A program made the translations under genes and the position numbers. Positions 31,145-41,266 of a DNA stretch of 64,000 bases are shown piece by piece. Position 1 is the stretch's first letter; each line of letters starts with the position of its first letter. Under the pieces are notes generated by a model. That model was not told where the DNA came from. It worked only from the letters and a program-made list of their open reading frames with translations, and searched no databases. Origin of the DNA: Chitinophaga pinensis (GTDB lineage Bacteria > Bacteroidota > Bacteroidia > Chitinophagales > Chitinophagaceae); the NCBI GenBank assembly GCA_945872815.1, contig CAMCAY010000002.1, forward strand, positions 22,519-86,518, written 5' to 3'.

Positions 31145-31852
31145 TTACAACCCAAGTTTTTCCACGGCCAATTGGGCCGCCAAATGACCTGCATCCTTTT
31201 TATTGAACCCCTTTGCCTGTGCAATTATTTGACCATCTACCACAGAAGCGACTGTAAACAATCGGCGTCCATTTTCAAGCTTTTCTTCTAAAGTTACAAA
31301 CTCAACATTTTTACCATTTTTATTTGCCCATCCGTACAATTTATTTTTGACATTTATATCAACCGATTCAAGATCTTCGATAAATAAATGAGGTAAAATG
31401 ATGTATTCTTCCACCCACTGTTTTGTTTTTATATACCCTTTGTCTAAAAAAACCGCGCCTATCAATGCTTCCAACGTATTTCCAAAAATCTGGGATATCT
31501 TAAGGGCGTTATCAAATTTGTTATAAAAAGTAATTTTTTTCAACCCCATTTTCAATGAAATTTCATTGAGCTTTTGCCTATTTACCATCTTACTTCTCAT
31601 TTCGGTAAGAAAACCCTCCCCTTTGTACGGATACTTTCTGAATAAATAATGGGCGATGACAGAGCTTAAAACAGCATCCCCGAGGAATTCCATTCTTTCA
31701 TTATTTTCATCAGAGCCCTCCCTAACTGACCTGTGGCTTAATGCGGTTTTATAAAGTACGATATTGTTAGGATTATACCCTAAGATATTTCGGAGTTGTT
31801 TTTTGAACTCTTTTGTTTCTTTATTTTCTAAGAATCCTAGGTTAAAAGGCAA
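31145..31852 (-). CDS. rnc: Ribonuclease III
   Basis: ALSHRS, NERMEFLGDAVL, GNTLEALIGAVFLDKG, C-terminal dsRBD; exact start uncertain (TTG). Confidence 0.95.
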   Translation of the reverse strand: MPFNLGFLENKETKEFKKQLRNILGYNPNNIVLYKTALSHRSVREGSDENNERMEFLGDAVLSSVIAHYLFRKYPYKGEGFLTEMRSKMVNRQKLNEISLKMGLKKITFYNKFDNALKISQIFGNTLEALIGAVFLDKGYIKTKQWVEEYIILPHLFIEDLESVDINVKNKLYGWANKNGKNVEFVTLEEKLENGRRLFTVASVVDGQIIAQAKGFNKKDAGHLAAQLAVEKLGL

Positions 31853-31926
31853 AATAAAATTGTTTATCCTAAATTATATTATTTGGAGCAAAGTATAAAT
31901 TATCAAGAGAAAAATAATGGAGAAAA

Positions 31927-33180
31927 TTAAGCTTTGTATTTCTTCACGATTACAGAAGCATTGTGGCCACCAAACCCAAATGTGTTGCTTAATGCAGCAT
32001 TTACTACTTTATGTTGAGCTTTGTGAAATGTAAAATCCAATTTCGAATCTAGTTCAGGGTCATCCGTAAAATGGTTGATTGTTGGAGGTATAATATCTTT
32101 TGTAACTGCCATGATGCATGCTAAAGCTTCCAAAGCACCTGCTGCACCTAAGCAATGGCCGGTCATACTTTTTGTTGAACTTATATTTAAGTTGTAGGCA
32201 TGTTCACCGAATACGTTCAATATAGCTTTAGTTTCAGCTATATCGCCCAAAGGGGTGGATGTTCCATGAACATTGATGTAATTAATATCTTCAGGCTTCA
32301 TCCCCGCATCCTGTAATGCAACACGCATCACATTGTTTGCGCCCAATCCTTCCGGATGTGGGGCTGTAATATGATGGGCATCTGCTGTTGCTCCACCACC
32401 GGCAATTTCGCAATAAATTTTTGCACCTCTTGCCAATGCGTGTTCCAAACTTTCCAACACCAAAACACCTGAGCCTTCTCCCATTACAAATCCATCACGG
32501 TCTTTGTCAAATGGACGACTGGCTGTTTTAGGGTCGTCGTTTCTTTCACTTAAAGCCTTCATGGCATTAAAGCCGCCTAATCCGGCTGCACTGATGACCG
32601 CTTCGCTTCCGCCTGTAATAATGATATCGGCCTTATTGAGGCGAATATTGTCAAAGGCATCTATGATTGCATTTGTGGAGGATGCGCAAGCGCTAACTAC
32701 GGCATAATTTGGTCCTCGAAATCCGTGCCTCATGGAAATATGTCCGGCAGCAATATCAAGAATCATTTTTGGTATAAAGAAAGGATTGAAACGGGGCGTT
32801 CCATCACCGGAAGCAAAGTTGATAACTTCTTCCTGAAAAGTAATTAGACCTCCGATACCGCTTGCAAAAATCACCCCGACTCTGTCGGGATTTACATTTT
32901 CTTTGCTGATGCCGGCATCTTTAACTGCTTCATCGCTCGCAATTAAAGCGAACTGACAGTAACGGTCCATTTTGCGTGCTTCTTTTTTATCAAGATAATC
33001 GGAAGCTTCAAAATCCTTAACCTCACAAGCAAATCGGGTTTTAAATTTAGTGACGTCAAATTGGCGGATAAAGTCGCAGCCACTAACACCTTGTTCAAGG
33101 CTTTGCCAGTATTGACTGACAGATTTTCCCAAGGGTGTAAGTGCGCCCAATCCTGTGACAACTACTCTCTTTAAATCCAT
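31927..33180 (-). CDS. fabF: Beta-ketoacyl-ACP synthase II
   Basis: RVVVTGLG, SACASS (catalytic Cys), DGFVMGEG, NVHGTSTPLGD, KSMTGHCLGAAG, NTFGFGGHN. Confidence 0.97.
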   Translation of the reverse strand: MDLKRVVVTGLGALTPLGKSVSQYWQSLEQGVSGCDFIRQFDVTKFKTRFACEVKDFEASDYLDKKEARKMDRYCQFALIASDEAVKDAGISKENVNPDRVGVIFASGIGGLITFQEEVINFASGDGTPRFNPFFIPKMILDIAAGHISMRHGFRGPNYAVVSACASSTNAIIDAFDNIRLNKADIIITGGSEAVISAAGLGGFNAMKALSERNDDPKTASRPFDKDRDGFVMGEGSGVLVLESLEHALARGAKIYCEIAGGGATADAHHITAPHPEGLGANNVMRVALQDAGMKPEDINYINVHGTSTPLGDIAETKAILNVFGEHAYNLNISSTKSMTGHCLGAAGALEALACIMAVTKDIIPPTINHFTDDPELDSKLDFTFHKAQHKVVNAALSNTFGFGGHNASVIVKKYKA

Positions 33181-33210
33181 ACGATTTGCCTGTGAAAATT
33201 AAAGGGTGAA

Positions 33211-33447
33211 TTACTTAGCATTTCCTTCCAAATAAGAAACAGCTTGACCAACGGTAGTGATGGTTTCTGCTTGCTCATCAGGAATAGAAATATTAAATTC
33301 TTTTTCAAATTCCATGATTAATTCAACGGTGTCCAAGCTATCGGCACCTAAATCATTGGTGAAAGAAGCTTCGGAAGTTACTTCCGCTTCATCAACACCT
33401 AATTTGTCAACAATAATTTTCTTTACTCTTGTTGCAATGTCTGACAT
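33211..33447 (-). CDS. acpP: Acyl carrier protein
   Basis: [20 protein letters not shown] phosphopantetheine site. Confidence 0.98.
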   Translation of the reverse strand: MSDIATRVKKIIVDKLGVDEAEVTSEASFTNDLGADSLDTVELIMEFEKEFNISIPDEQAETITTVGQAVSYLEGNAK

Positions 33448-33474
33448 GTTAGAATAATTTAGTTAATACGAGTG

Positions 33475-33482
33475 CAAAAATA
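33475..33482 (-). promoter_or_regulatory. -7 box upstream of acpP-fabF
   Basis: TATTTTTG on the minus strand. Confidence 0.55.
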
Positions 33483-33624
33483 TACTTTTTGAACTAATTA
33501 CAAAGAAATACTCAATTATGATGAGAATTATTTTAGAATTAAGTATTAAATACGATGAAAAAAGGTCTTTATTTTGAGAATTTAGTATATTTATTTGCAT
33601 TTACAGGAAAATTATACAGTCAAA

Positions 33625-34056
33625 ATGGGATTAAAACAAATAGATTTTGGAAGTGCTGAATATGAATTAATGGTGGAATTAAGAAAACAGATCTTAAGAA
33701 CTCCTTTGGGATTATCATTTTCGGATGAAGATTTGGCAACAGAAAAAAATGAAATATTAATAGCTTCTTTTGATGATGAGGAGATTTTGGGATGTTGTGT
33801 ACTATCGCCTTGCAACAACAATAAAATCAGGTTAAGACAAATGGCTGTAAAGGATGATATCCAAGGAAAAGGTATCGGAGCTTCAATTATTTCTTTTGCG
33901 GAATCGGTTGCCGTGGATAAAGGCTTTGACTTCATTATTATGCATGCACGGGATACAGCTATTGGTTTTTATGAAAAATTCGGCTACAAGGTTATGGGTG
34001 ATGTATTTTACGAAGTCAATCTTCCGCACCATTTGATGGAAAAAAAATTGATTTGA
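33625..34056 (+). CDS. GNAT-family N-acetyltransferase
   Basis: RLRQMAV..QGKGIG motif A, HARDTAIGFYEKFGY. ATG 33625 preferred; the track start is TTG 33595. Confidence 0.88.
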   Translation: MGLKQIDFGSAEYELMVELRKQILRTPLGLSFSDEDLATEKNEILIASFDDEEILGCCVLSPCNNNKIRLRQMAVKDDIQGKGIGASIISFAESVAVDKGFDFIIMHARDTAIGFYEKFGYKVMGDVFYEVNLPHHLMEKKLI

Positions 34057-34168
34057 ATCTTTACTTCACAATCAAAATACAAGCTATCAAGTTTGTTGTG
34101 TTATTTTACATTTAACACACATTACCCTCTATTCTGATAGATTTTCAATTATGATTGATTCTGCTATT

Positions 34169-34648
34169 CTACTGTTTCTTAATTTTTGATGCGAAAATTT
34201 TTCTTGCCTCATTTTCCTCATCGTTCACAAATGCATCCTTTGGAATAAGAAAAAAACTGGTAGAATTGAAGTAAATATGAAAAAAATGGGGGCTTTCCAT
34301 CCAAGTAGAAAATTCAGCCCATCGAAATTGTTTTGAAGCTCTTTCATGCTCAAGAGTTAATGAATCATCGTTTGCAATGATTCGAAATCGATCCTTAAAG
34401 GAACGAGATCTTTTGTAAATTATAGTTGGTAAAAGAAACCAAAATAATACCATGAGAAAAAACCATAAAACTGAACTCAGTAAAAATGCAGCCGGAGAAA
34501 CTTTTTTTAAGTAAAAGAGAGAAGCAGAAAAAATTGCAAATACATTTATCAAAATCACCATCACTTTAATTTCCTTTCGACTTATAAAATGATAGCGAAG
34601 TGCTTGAATAACTTTTGGTTTTTTGTATTCAAAAAAAGAGGAAGTCAT
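34169..34648 (-). CDS. YcxB-like membrane protein
   Basis: Two TMs followed by W..F..W.E....F.IY.....FFLIPKDAF C-terminal pattern. Confidence 0.7.
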   Translation of the reverse strand: MTSSFFEYKKPKVIQALRYHFISRKEIKVMVILINVFAIFSASLFYLKKVSPAAFLLSSVLWFFLMVLFWFLLPTIIYKRSRSFKDRFRIIANDDSLTLEHERASKQFRWAEFSTWMESPHFFHIYFNSTSFFLIPKDAFVNDEENEARKIFASKIKKQ

Positions 34649-34658
34649 TTTTTTATTT

Positions 34659-36038
34659 TTATTTTTTATCAACAGCTGCAGGTTGCTTCAAAGCATTTTC
34701 ACTTACCGTCCACTCTCCTAGTTTTTCTCCCTTGATGCCAATAAATTCCACTTTTAATATTCTATCTTTTTTTGCTCCGGCAAAAGAGATTTTCGCAAAG
34801 TTCTGAGCTTCCACCAGTGTATTAGGTTCTCTGAAAGGGTTATTTAACTCCTCTCCTGATACCTTGCTTACACCGGACGTGTAGGGTGAAACTGTTATAT
34901 CATACAAAGGATACAATTTTTCCCTTGGCATTTTTATTATTTCACTGTGATGTCTGTCGCCGGTTAAAAACAACACTCCATTTATTTTTTGATTGCTCAG
35001 GAATTCAAGTAACTGATTGTATTCATATGGGTAATGTTGCATACACTCATACTTGTTCATAGGATTGAGTGTTTGACTTCCCGTTACAATAATTTTAAAA
35101 GTTGCTTTACTATATAACAATGCATTCTTCAACCAAGTTAGCTGAACAGGTCCCCAATATGTTTTTTCAGGATTGGGCTGACCATTGATAGAGTCCAACA
35201 ATTCAGACTCCGAACGAAAAAATCTGTCATCCATTAAAAACAAGTCAACATCCGCATAACTGACTTTCGTATAAATTCCTTTGCCATCTTCCCCATAACT
35301 TGGATTTAAAGTATAGTTTTTAAAAATATTCCTGCTTTCATCCTTAAAAATATAACTTCTTCCTGCATCATTCGGACCAAAATCATGATCGTCCCAGATA
35401 GCATATTGGGGCATTTTGGCCATAAACTCCTGGATGACTTTTTGTGATCTGTCATGGGATGCTCTGTAATTCAAACCCCAAACTGAATTGTAATCAACTT
35501 CTCTTGTGTACCAATTGTCACCAAGCCAAACATGGAAATCTGCTAGTGTTTTTGCCATAGTTTCAAAAATGGAAGAATCGCCACCATAAGGTTTTCCGGG
35601 TCTATCAAATTTCGATTCGTTGAAATAAGCACAACTGCCTGTCAAAAAACTGAAATCAGGAACAGGTTTTCTGTATTGCCATAAATCTTTTGTTGTAAAT
35701 TTTGTTTCAAAGGACAAAGCAATTTTTTTTCCATCAAGCCAGATTTCATAAATATAAGTTGTACCAAACTCAAGATTATTCAACTCCAATTTTACAGGGT
35801 TGAAATCTTTTTGTAAATCCCCTTTGAAAGTTATTGTTTTTGTGTCAGCAGTATTTGAGACAGGAAAATATTTTACAGATGCTTTTTTTACTGAAGGGTT
35901 GACTTCGAACCAAATCATGGCATTGCGCAATTCAACATTACCAGCCCATGGACCGCTGATGAGCGGGTTCTTTTGTTGAGCTACGCAAAACATAAATGAA
36001 AAACATAAAAAGCTGATAACTGAAAAAAGTTGCTTCAT
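34659..36038 (-). CDS. phoD: PhoD-family alkaline phosphatase/phosphodiesterase
   Basis: Signal peptide; WLGDNWY, IWDDHDFGPND, MDDRFFR, LTGDRH metallophosphoesterase motifs. Confidence 0.85.
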   Translation of the reverse strand: MKQLFSVISFLCFSFMFCVAQQKNPLISGPWAGNVELRNAMIWFEVNPSVKKASVKYFPVSNTADTKTITFKGDLQKDFNPVKLELNNLEFGTTYIYEIWLDGKKIALSFETKFTTKDLWQYRKPVPDFSFLTGSCAYFNESKFDRPGKPYGGDSSIFETMAKTLADFHVWLGDNWYTREVDYNSVWGLNYRASHDRSQKVIQEFMAKMPQYAIWDDHDFGPNDAGRSYIFKDESRNIFKNYTLNPSYGEDGKGIYTKVSYADVDLFLMDDRFFRSESELLDSINGQPNPEKTYWGPVQLTWLKNALLYSKATFKIIVTGSQTLNPMNKYECMQHYPYEYNQLLEFLSNQKINGVLFLTGDRHHSEIIKMPREKLYPLYDITVSPYTSGVSKVSGEELNNPFREPNTLVEAQNFAKISFAGAKKDRILKVEFIGIKGEKLGEWTVSENALKQPAAVDKK

Positions 36039-36128
36039 TGATAATATTAATTTGTTTGCAAGATAGTTGATTGATAGAAGATTGTTTTCGAAAAAATATA
36101 TTAGTTTGACTTTAGTAAGAGGATATTT

Positions 36129-36494
36129 TTACTTTACATTCTTTAATTTTTCATTTTTCAAATGCCTGGTAGCATCCCTCGAATTTTTTTTGTCAAAGTT
36201 ATTTTTCAAAGCTGCTGTTAAATTAACACCAGTCTGATTGGCCAAACAAATCAATACCCAAAATACATCTGCAATTTCATCAGCGATTTCTTTTCCTTTA
36301 TCCGTTTCTTTGAAAGATTGTTCACCATATTTTCGAACCATCAACCGACTTAGTTCTCCAACTTCTTCCATCAATATCCCTAAATTGGTAAGCTCATTAA
36401 AATACCTAACCCCTGTTGTTTTTATCCACTCATCTACTTGAAGTTGCGCATCATTTAATGTGATGTCTTTTTTGCTGTTTTCAGGATTGTACAT
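36129..36494 (-). CDS. MazG-like nucleotide pyrophosphohydrolase
   Basis: GVRYFNELTN, LMEEVGELSR, EIADEIADVFWVLICLANQTG. Confidence 0.88.
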   Translation of the reverse strand: MYNPENSKKDITLNDAQLQVDEWIKTTGVRYFNELTNLGILMEEVGELSRLMVRKYGEQSFKETDKGKEIADEIADVFWVLICLANQTGVNLTAALKNNFDKKNSRDATRHLKNEKLKNVK

Positions 36495-36558
36495 TTGTAT
36501 GCATTTAGATTGCTAAAGTTACAGATAAAGATTGGGAAGCACTTTTGTAAAATTCATT

Positions 36559-37011
36559 TTACTCTCTGTTTTTAGAATCAATCCATATCGTGATGGGACC
36601 ATCATTTAATAGTCTGACTTTCATATCTGCTCCGAATGAGCCTGTGTATATTTTCTTACCAAAATCGGATTCCAATTGATTGATAAACTCTTCGTATTTT
36701 TTTTGGGCTATTTCCGATTTACTTGCATTGATGTAACTGGGTCGATTTCCTTTTTTCGTAGATGCGTGAAGAGTGAATTGGCTAATCAGTAGAATATCTC
36801 CGTTTTTTTCTTTTACTGAAATATTGGGAACTTTATTTTCATCGTCAAAAATGCGAAGGTTTACAATTTTATTACTCAGCCATTGAATATCTGAAAATTC
36901 ATCCTTGTTTTCAATTCCTACAAAAACAAGCAATCCTTTTTCAATGGATGATTTTATTGTATTGTCAATGGTTACTGATGCTTCAGCGACACGTTGAATA
37001 AGCACTCTCAT
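36559..37011 (-). CDS. dtd: D-aminoacyl-tRNA deacylase
   Basis: MRVLIQRV, NLRIFDD, SQFTL, GNRPSY, FGADMKVRLLNDGPIT. Confidence 0.96.
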   Translation of the reverse strand: MRVLIQRVAEASVTIDNTIKSSIEKGLLVFVGIENKDEFSDIQWLSNKIVNLRIFDDENKVPNISVKEKNGDILLISQFTLHASTKKGNRPSYINASKSEIAQKKYEEFINQLESDFGKKIYTGSFGADMKVRLLNDGPITIWIDSKNRE

Positions 37012-37296
37012 TTGTTGTGATTTGATTTAATATTCAAACATAGGTGTTAATATGATTATCAACATACAAAAACGATAATTATTACAACAAATTTGTTTCA
37101 AAAAAAAATTTTTTCTTTCCACAAAAAGTGCAAAACTCATGAAAGTCATGTCTAATATGTATTACCAAAAAAACAAGCTGTTTTGTCCACACATTGTTAA
37201 TATTTAGAAAACAAAAAGTTGGCTGAGTTCAAATATTTTCGTTGGCCTCTTTACCCAAGAGCATTAATAGTAACTAACCATCAATATATATATTTT

Positions 37297-40200
37297 ATGC
37301 CCGCTAAAAAACAACCAGCCAAAGCACTGAGCTTCCAAAGGCAGTTTACCAAAGAAGGTATCAGCCCATTCGACATGTTTGAATATGATTATCGTACTTC
37401 TGTCATTAAAAATCCAAGTGGCGAAGTTGTTTTTCAAATGGACAATGTGGAAGTTCCCAAAGGCTGGAGTCAGATTGCCACAGATATTTTAGCACAAAAA
37501 TATTTTAGAAAAGCGGGGGTGCCTCAACCAGATGGAAGTTTGGGCAGAGAAACTACCTCTAAGCAAGTTGCCCATCGTATGGCGCATTGTTGGAGAGTAT
37601 GGGGAGAGCGAAATGATTATTTTGCTTCTGAAAAAGATGCTCAGATTTTTTACGATGAGTTAGTGTATAGCATTCTTAATCAGGCATGTGTACCAAATAG
37701 TCCTCAATGGTTTAATACAGGATTACACGAGGTATATGGCATTACCGGTAAACCGCAGGGACACTATTATGTTGATGCAAAAGATGGTAAACTAAAAAAA
37801 TCTACTTCAGCTTATGAGCGTCCTCAACCACATGCATGTTTCATATTAAGTGTAGACGATGATTTAGTGAATGAAGGTGGAATCATGGACTTGTGGGTTA
37901 GAGAAGCAAGGATTTTCAAATACGGCAGTGGTGTTGGTACTAATTTCAGTAGTATTAGAGGCGATGGTGAAAAATTAAGCGGTGGTGGAACATCTAGCGG
38001 ACTTATGAGCTTCCTTAAAATTGGTGACCGTGCAGCGGGTGCTATCAAAAGCGGCGGTACAACTCGAAGAGCCGCAAAGATGGTATGTCTTGACTTGGAT
38101 CACCCTGAAATTGTAGAGTTTGTAAATTGGAAACTAAAAGAAGAAGATAAAGTAGCTGCATTAATCGCGGCCGGTTATTCAAGTGATTATGAAGGAGAGG
38201 CTTATCGTACGGTAAGTGGACAGAACAGCAATAACTCTGTTCGTATACCAAATTCATTTTTCAAAGTATTAGATGATAATGGCGATTGGGAATTAAAGGC
38301 AAGAGGTGATGGCAGTACCATGAGATCTGTTAAGGCAAAAGACTTGTGGGATCAAATCAATTACGCAGCATGGCGCTGTGCTGATCCGGGTACCCAATAT
38401 GATACAACTATCAACGAATGGCATACTTGCCCTGAAGGAGGCCCTATAAGAGCATCCAATCCTTGTAGTGAATACATGTTCTTAGATAACACTGCCTGCA
38501 ATCTTGCGAGCGTGAATCTTCGTCGTTTCTTTAATGAAGACAACAATACTTTTGATGTGGAGGGTTTTGAACATACTTGTCGTTTGTGGACAGTTGTGTT
38601 GGAAATTTCTGTATTAATGGCACAATTTCCTTCCAAAGAAGTTGCACAATTAAGCTACGATTATAGAACCCTTGGCCTTGGTTACGCAAACCTAGGAAGT
38701 ATGTTAATGGTTAGCGGTATAGCTTATGATAGTGAACAAGCAAGAGGTATTGCGGGTGCTATCACGGCTATCATGACGGGTATATCTTATAAAACATCTG
38801 CTGAAATGGCAAGCTTTTTAGGGGCGTTTGACAGGTATAAAGAGAATAAAAAACACATGCTCCGTGTAATGCACAATCATCGTGCAGCTGCATACGATGC
38901 AATAGAAGCTTATGAAGGACTTGAAATTAAACCACACGGAATCAACGCAAAATATTGTCCTGATTATTTATTGAAAGCTGCAACCAAGGCATGGGATGAT
39001 GCAGTACAGATGGGTGAAAAATTTGGATATAGAAATGCCCAAACAACTGTAATCGCTCCAACCGGAACAATAGGACTGGTAATGGATTGCGATACCACTG
39101 GTGTTGAACCAGATTTTGCATTGGTGAAATTTAAGAAATTAAGTGGTGGAGGGTATTTCAAAATCATCAATCAGAGTGTACCTCAGGCATTGAGAAATCT
39201 AAAATACACTGAAAAAGAAATAGAAGATATTGTAAACTTCGCTAAAGGACATGCTACTCTGAAAGGCGCTCCTTACATCAATGATGAAACGCTGGCTGCA
39301 AAAGGATTTCAGCCTGCAGAAATAGAAAGATTGAATGCCGCAATGGGTAGCGCTTTTGAAATAGGATTTGTGTTCAACGTATTTACTTTAGGTGAAGCTT
39401 GCTTACAAAGACTTGGTTTTACTCCTGATCAATACAATGACTTTGGATGGAGTTTATTAGAAGCACTTGGTTTCACCGATGATGAAATAGATGCTGCGAA
39501 TATTTATGTGTGCGGAACAATGACTGTAGAAGGAGCTCCGCATTTAAAAGAGGAACACTTATCTGTTTTCGATTGTGCCAATAAATGTGGTGCAACAGGT
39601 CAACGTTATATCCATGCACATGGACATATAAGAATGATGTCTGCAGCACAACCATTCTTAAGTGGCGCGATAAGTAAAACAATTAATCTTCCCAATGAGG
39701 CTACGATTGAGGAAATTGCTGATTCCTATCGATTGAGTTGGGAATTAGGATTAAAAGCGTGTGCCCTTTACCGTGATGGATCGAAATTAAGCCAGCCATT
39801 GAGTAATAAGTCAGACAAGAAGAAAAAAACTTCGGATGAATCAGCTATGGAATCTTTATTGAATGAAAGCGGGCTGGTTGATATGGGCAAATTGACTATT
39901 GATGAGTTATTGGAAGAAATGAACAAGCGTGTTCAAAGTTCAGCCGACACTTCATTAAAGCGCCAATTGGCTATGATAGTTGAGCGCAGATCTCTTCCAG
40001 CAAAACGTAGAGGATTTACTCAAAAAGCGAAAATCAATGGTCAAGCTTTATTTCTAAGAACAGGTGAATACAACGATGGTACTTTGGGTGAAATATTCAT
40101 CGATATGGCAAAAGAGGGAGCGACGATGCGTAGTATGCTCAACTGCTTTGCTATCGCAGTTTCTATAGGATTACAATATGGTGTTCCATTGGAGGAATAT

Positions 40201-40641
40201 GTTGAGAAATTTGTTTTTACCAGATTTGAACCTGCGGGAATGGTAGAACATCCAAATATCAAAACAACCACCTCTATAATAGATTTCATGTTCCGTTCAT
40301 TGGCTTATGAATATTTAGGAAGAACAGACCTTGTTCATGTTTTAGATAAGCCTGCAATAGAAAACCTTGGAAATGAAGATTGGGATGATTCTACCCCAAC
40401 TATCGGAGAAAGAAAGCCAGAGTTAAGCGATGTAAGGGTTTTGGGAAATAATGGAGATGGGACAAAATCTCACAGAGAAGTAAGTCCTACAAAAGCGACT
40501 TCTTCATTAGATGCCATCAATGCTGCTAATAAATCCATGCAAGGAGATGCTCCTGCTTGTAATACATGTGGTCATATAACAGTTAGAAGCGGCACTTGCT
40601 ATAAATGTTTAAACTGCGGCAACAGCTTGGGTTGCAGCTAA
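37297..40641 (+). CDS. nrdJ: Class II (adenosylcobalamin-dependent) ribonucleotide reductase
   Basis: PNSPQWFNTG, PQPHACFI, GTTRRAAKM, NPCSEY (thiyl Cys), ACNLAS, IAPTGTI, SGAISKTIN, ALYRDGSK, C-terminal CxxC..CxxC. ATG 37297 preferred over TTG 37219. Confidence 0.95.
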   Translation: MPAKKQPAKALSFQRQFTKEGISPFDMFEYDYRTSVIKNPSGEVVFQMDNVEVPKGWSQIATDILAQKYFRKAGVPQPDGSLGRETTSKQVAHRMAHCWRVWGERNDYFASEKDAQIFYDELVYSILNQACVPNSPQWFNTGLHEVYGITGKPQGHYYVDAKDGKLKKSTSAYERPQPHACFILSVDDDLVNEGGIMDLWVREARIFKYGSGVGTNFSSIRGDGEKLSGGGTSSGLMSFLKIGDRAAGAIKSGGTTRRAAKMVCLDLDHPEIVEFVNWKLKEEDKVAALIAAGYSSDYEGEAYRTVSGQNSNNSVRIPNSFFKVLDDNGDWELKARGDGSTMRSVKAKDLWDQINYAAWRCADPGTQYDTTINEWHTCPEGGPIRASNPCSEYMFLDNTACNLASVNLRRFFNEDNNTFDVEGFEHTCRLWTVVLEISVLMAQFPSKEVAQLSYDYRTLGLGYANLGSMLMVSGIAYDSEQARGIAGAITAIMTGISYKTSAEMASFLGAFDRYKENKKHMLRVMHNHRAAAYDAIEAYEGLEIKPHGINAKYCPDYLLKAATKAWDDAVQMGEKFGYRNAQTTVIAPTGTIGLVMDCDTTGVEPDFALVKFKKLSGGGYFKIINQSVPQALRNLKYTEKEIEDIVNFAKGHATLKGAPYINDETLAAKGFQPAEIERLNAAMGSAFEIGFVFNVFTLGEACLQRLGFTPDQYNDFGWSLLEALGFTDDEIDAANIYVCGTMTVEGAPHLKEEHLSVFDCANKCGATGQRYIHAHGHIRMMSAAQPFLSGAISKTINLPNEATIEEIADSYRLSWELGLKACALYRDGSKLSQPLSNKSDKKKKTSDESAMESLLNESGLVDMGKLTIDELLEEMNKRVQSSADTSLKRQLAMIVERRSLPAKRRGFTQKAKINGQALFLRTGEYNDGTLGEIFIDMAKEGATMRSMLNCFAIAVSIGLQYGVPLEEYVEKFVFTRFEPAGMVEHPNIKTTTSIIDFMFRSLAYEYLGRTDLVHVLDKPAIENLGNEDWDDSTPTIGERKPELSDVRVLGNNGDGTKSHREVSPTKATSSLDAINAANKSMQGDAPACNTCGHITVRSGTCYKCLNCGNSLGCS

Positions 40642-40670
40642 AAATAGTGTTTGATTAATTGCAGAACACG

Positions 40671-40702
40671 ACCATCGGGGTAAAAGCCGGTGGTTTTTTT
40701 TT
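40671..40702 (+). terminator. Intrinsic terminator of nrdJ
   Basis: Stem ACCATCGG/CCGGTGGT (one G-U pair) followed by a T run. Confidence 0.75.
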
Positions 40703-40734
40703 GTGCTAACCGAAGATTTGTAATTTTTTATTAT

Positions 40735-40754
40735 CCCACCATTTAAATGGTGGG
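40735..40754. repeat. REP-like perfect palindrome just past the 3' end of the Y1 transposase
   Basis: CCCACCATTTAAATGGTGGG, preceded by TTTATTAT and followed by CT; 9 nt from the tnpA stop. Confidence 0.85.
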
Positions 40755-40763
40755 CTTCTCAAT

Positions 40764-41165
40764 TTAAAATTTTATACCCTCTTCCTCTAAACTTTCGTAT
40801 TTTACTTTTTGTTTTTTGATGTATTCATCAACAGATTCTACTGCAAAATCACTTACTGAAAACGCAGCATAGCCTTTTTGCCATGCAAATTTTTCAAAAA
40901 TAAAATTGTGTTCATTGATGTAATGAGAAGAAGATCCTTTTATTTGTTTCATCACTTCAGCATAAGATTTTTTTGCATCCAGCATGAATAAGCAATGAAT
41001 ATGATCAGAAAGTCCATTTACAATTTTCAATTTGCAGCCTAATAGCCTGAATTCATCATATAAAAAGGGATAAAGATGTTATTCTAGATCAAGTGTGATA
41101 ATTGGTTGTCGATCTTTTGTTGCAAATACAGCATGAATCCAAACGTTATAAAATGAATTTGACAT
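40764..41165 (-). pseudogene. tnpA: IS200/IS605-type (RAYT-like) Y1 HUH transposase with an in-frame nonsense codon
   Basis: ATG 41165 MSNSFYNVWIHAVFATKDRQPIITLDLE*HLYPFL continues in frame into the tracked ORF (DHIH HUH motif, IKGSSS, FAWQKGYAAFSVS, YIKKQ). TAA at 41079-41081. Confidence 0.88.
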
Positions 41166-41266
41166 AGTAATGTAATATACATCTAGTAAAAATCTGTAAG
41201 AGGGTAAAAAACCAAATATTCAATGTTTTAATACGGATTAAATTAGATAAAATTCCCAGAATAATG

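Noticed and set aside
37012-37296. Replication origin (oriC)
   Set aside because: AT-rich with three imperfect DnaA boxes, but no perfect box cluster, DnaA-trio run or typical oriC neighbours, and gene orientation does not switch cleanly. GC skew was not computed.
37012-37296. Cobalamin riboswitch or NrdR boxes ahead of nrdJ
   Set aside because: No GGGAA/GCCACTG-type B12 element. The best NrdR-like matches have two mismatches and the wrong spacing.
37297-40641. Intein or intron in nrdJ (also checked gyrB)
   Set aside because: Lengths are typical, motifs are contiguous, and there are no intein splice or homing-endonuclease signatures.
41079-41081. Stop-codon recoding or alternative genetic code
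   Set aside because: TAA terminates many bona fide genes here and no other gene shows an internal stop, so this is a simple nonsense mutation or a read error.
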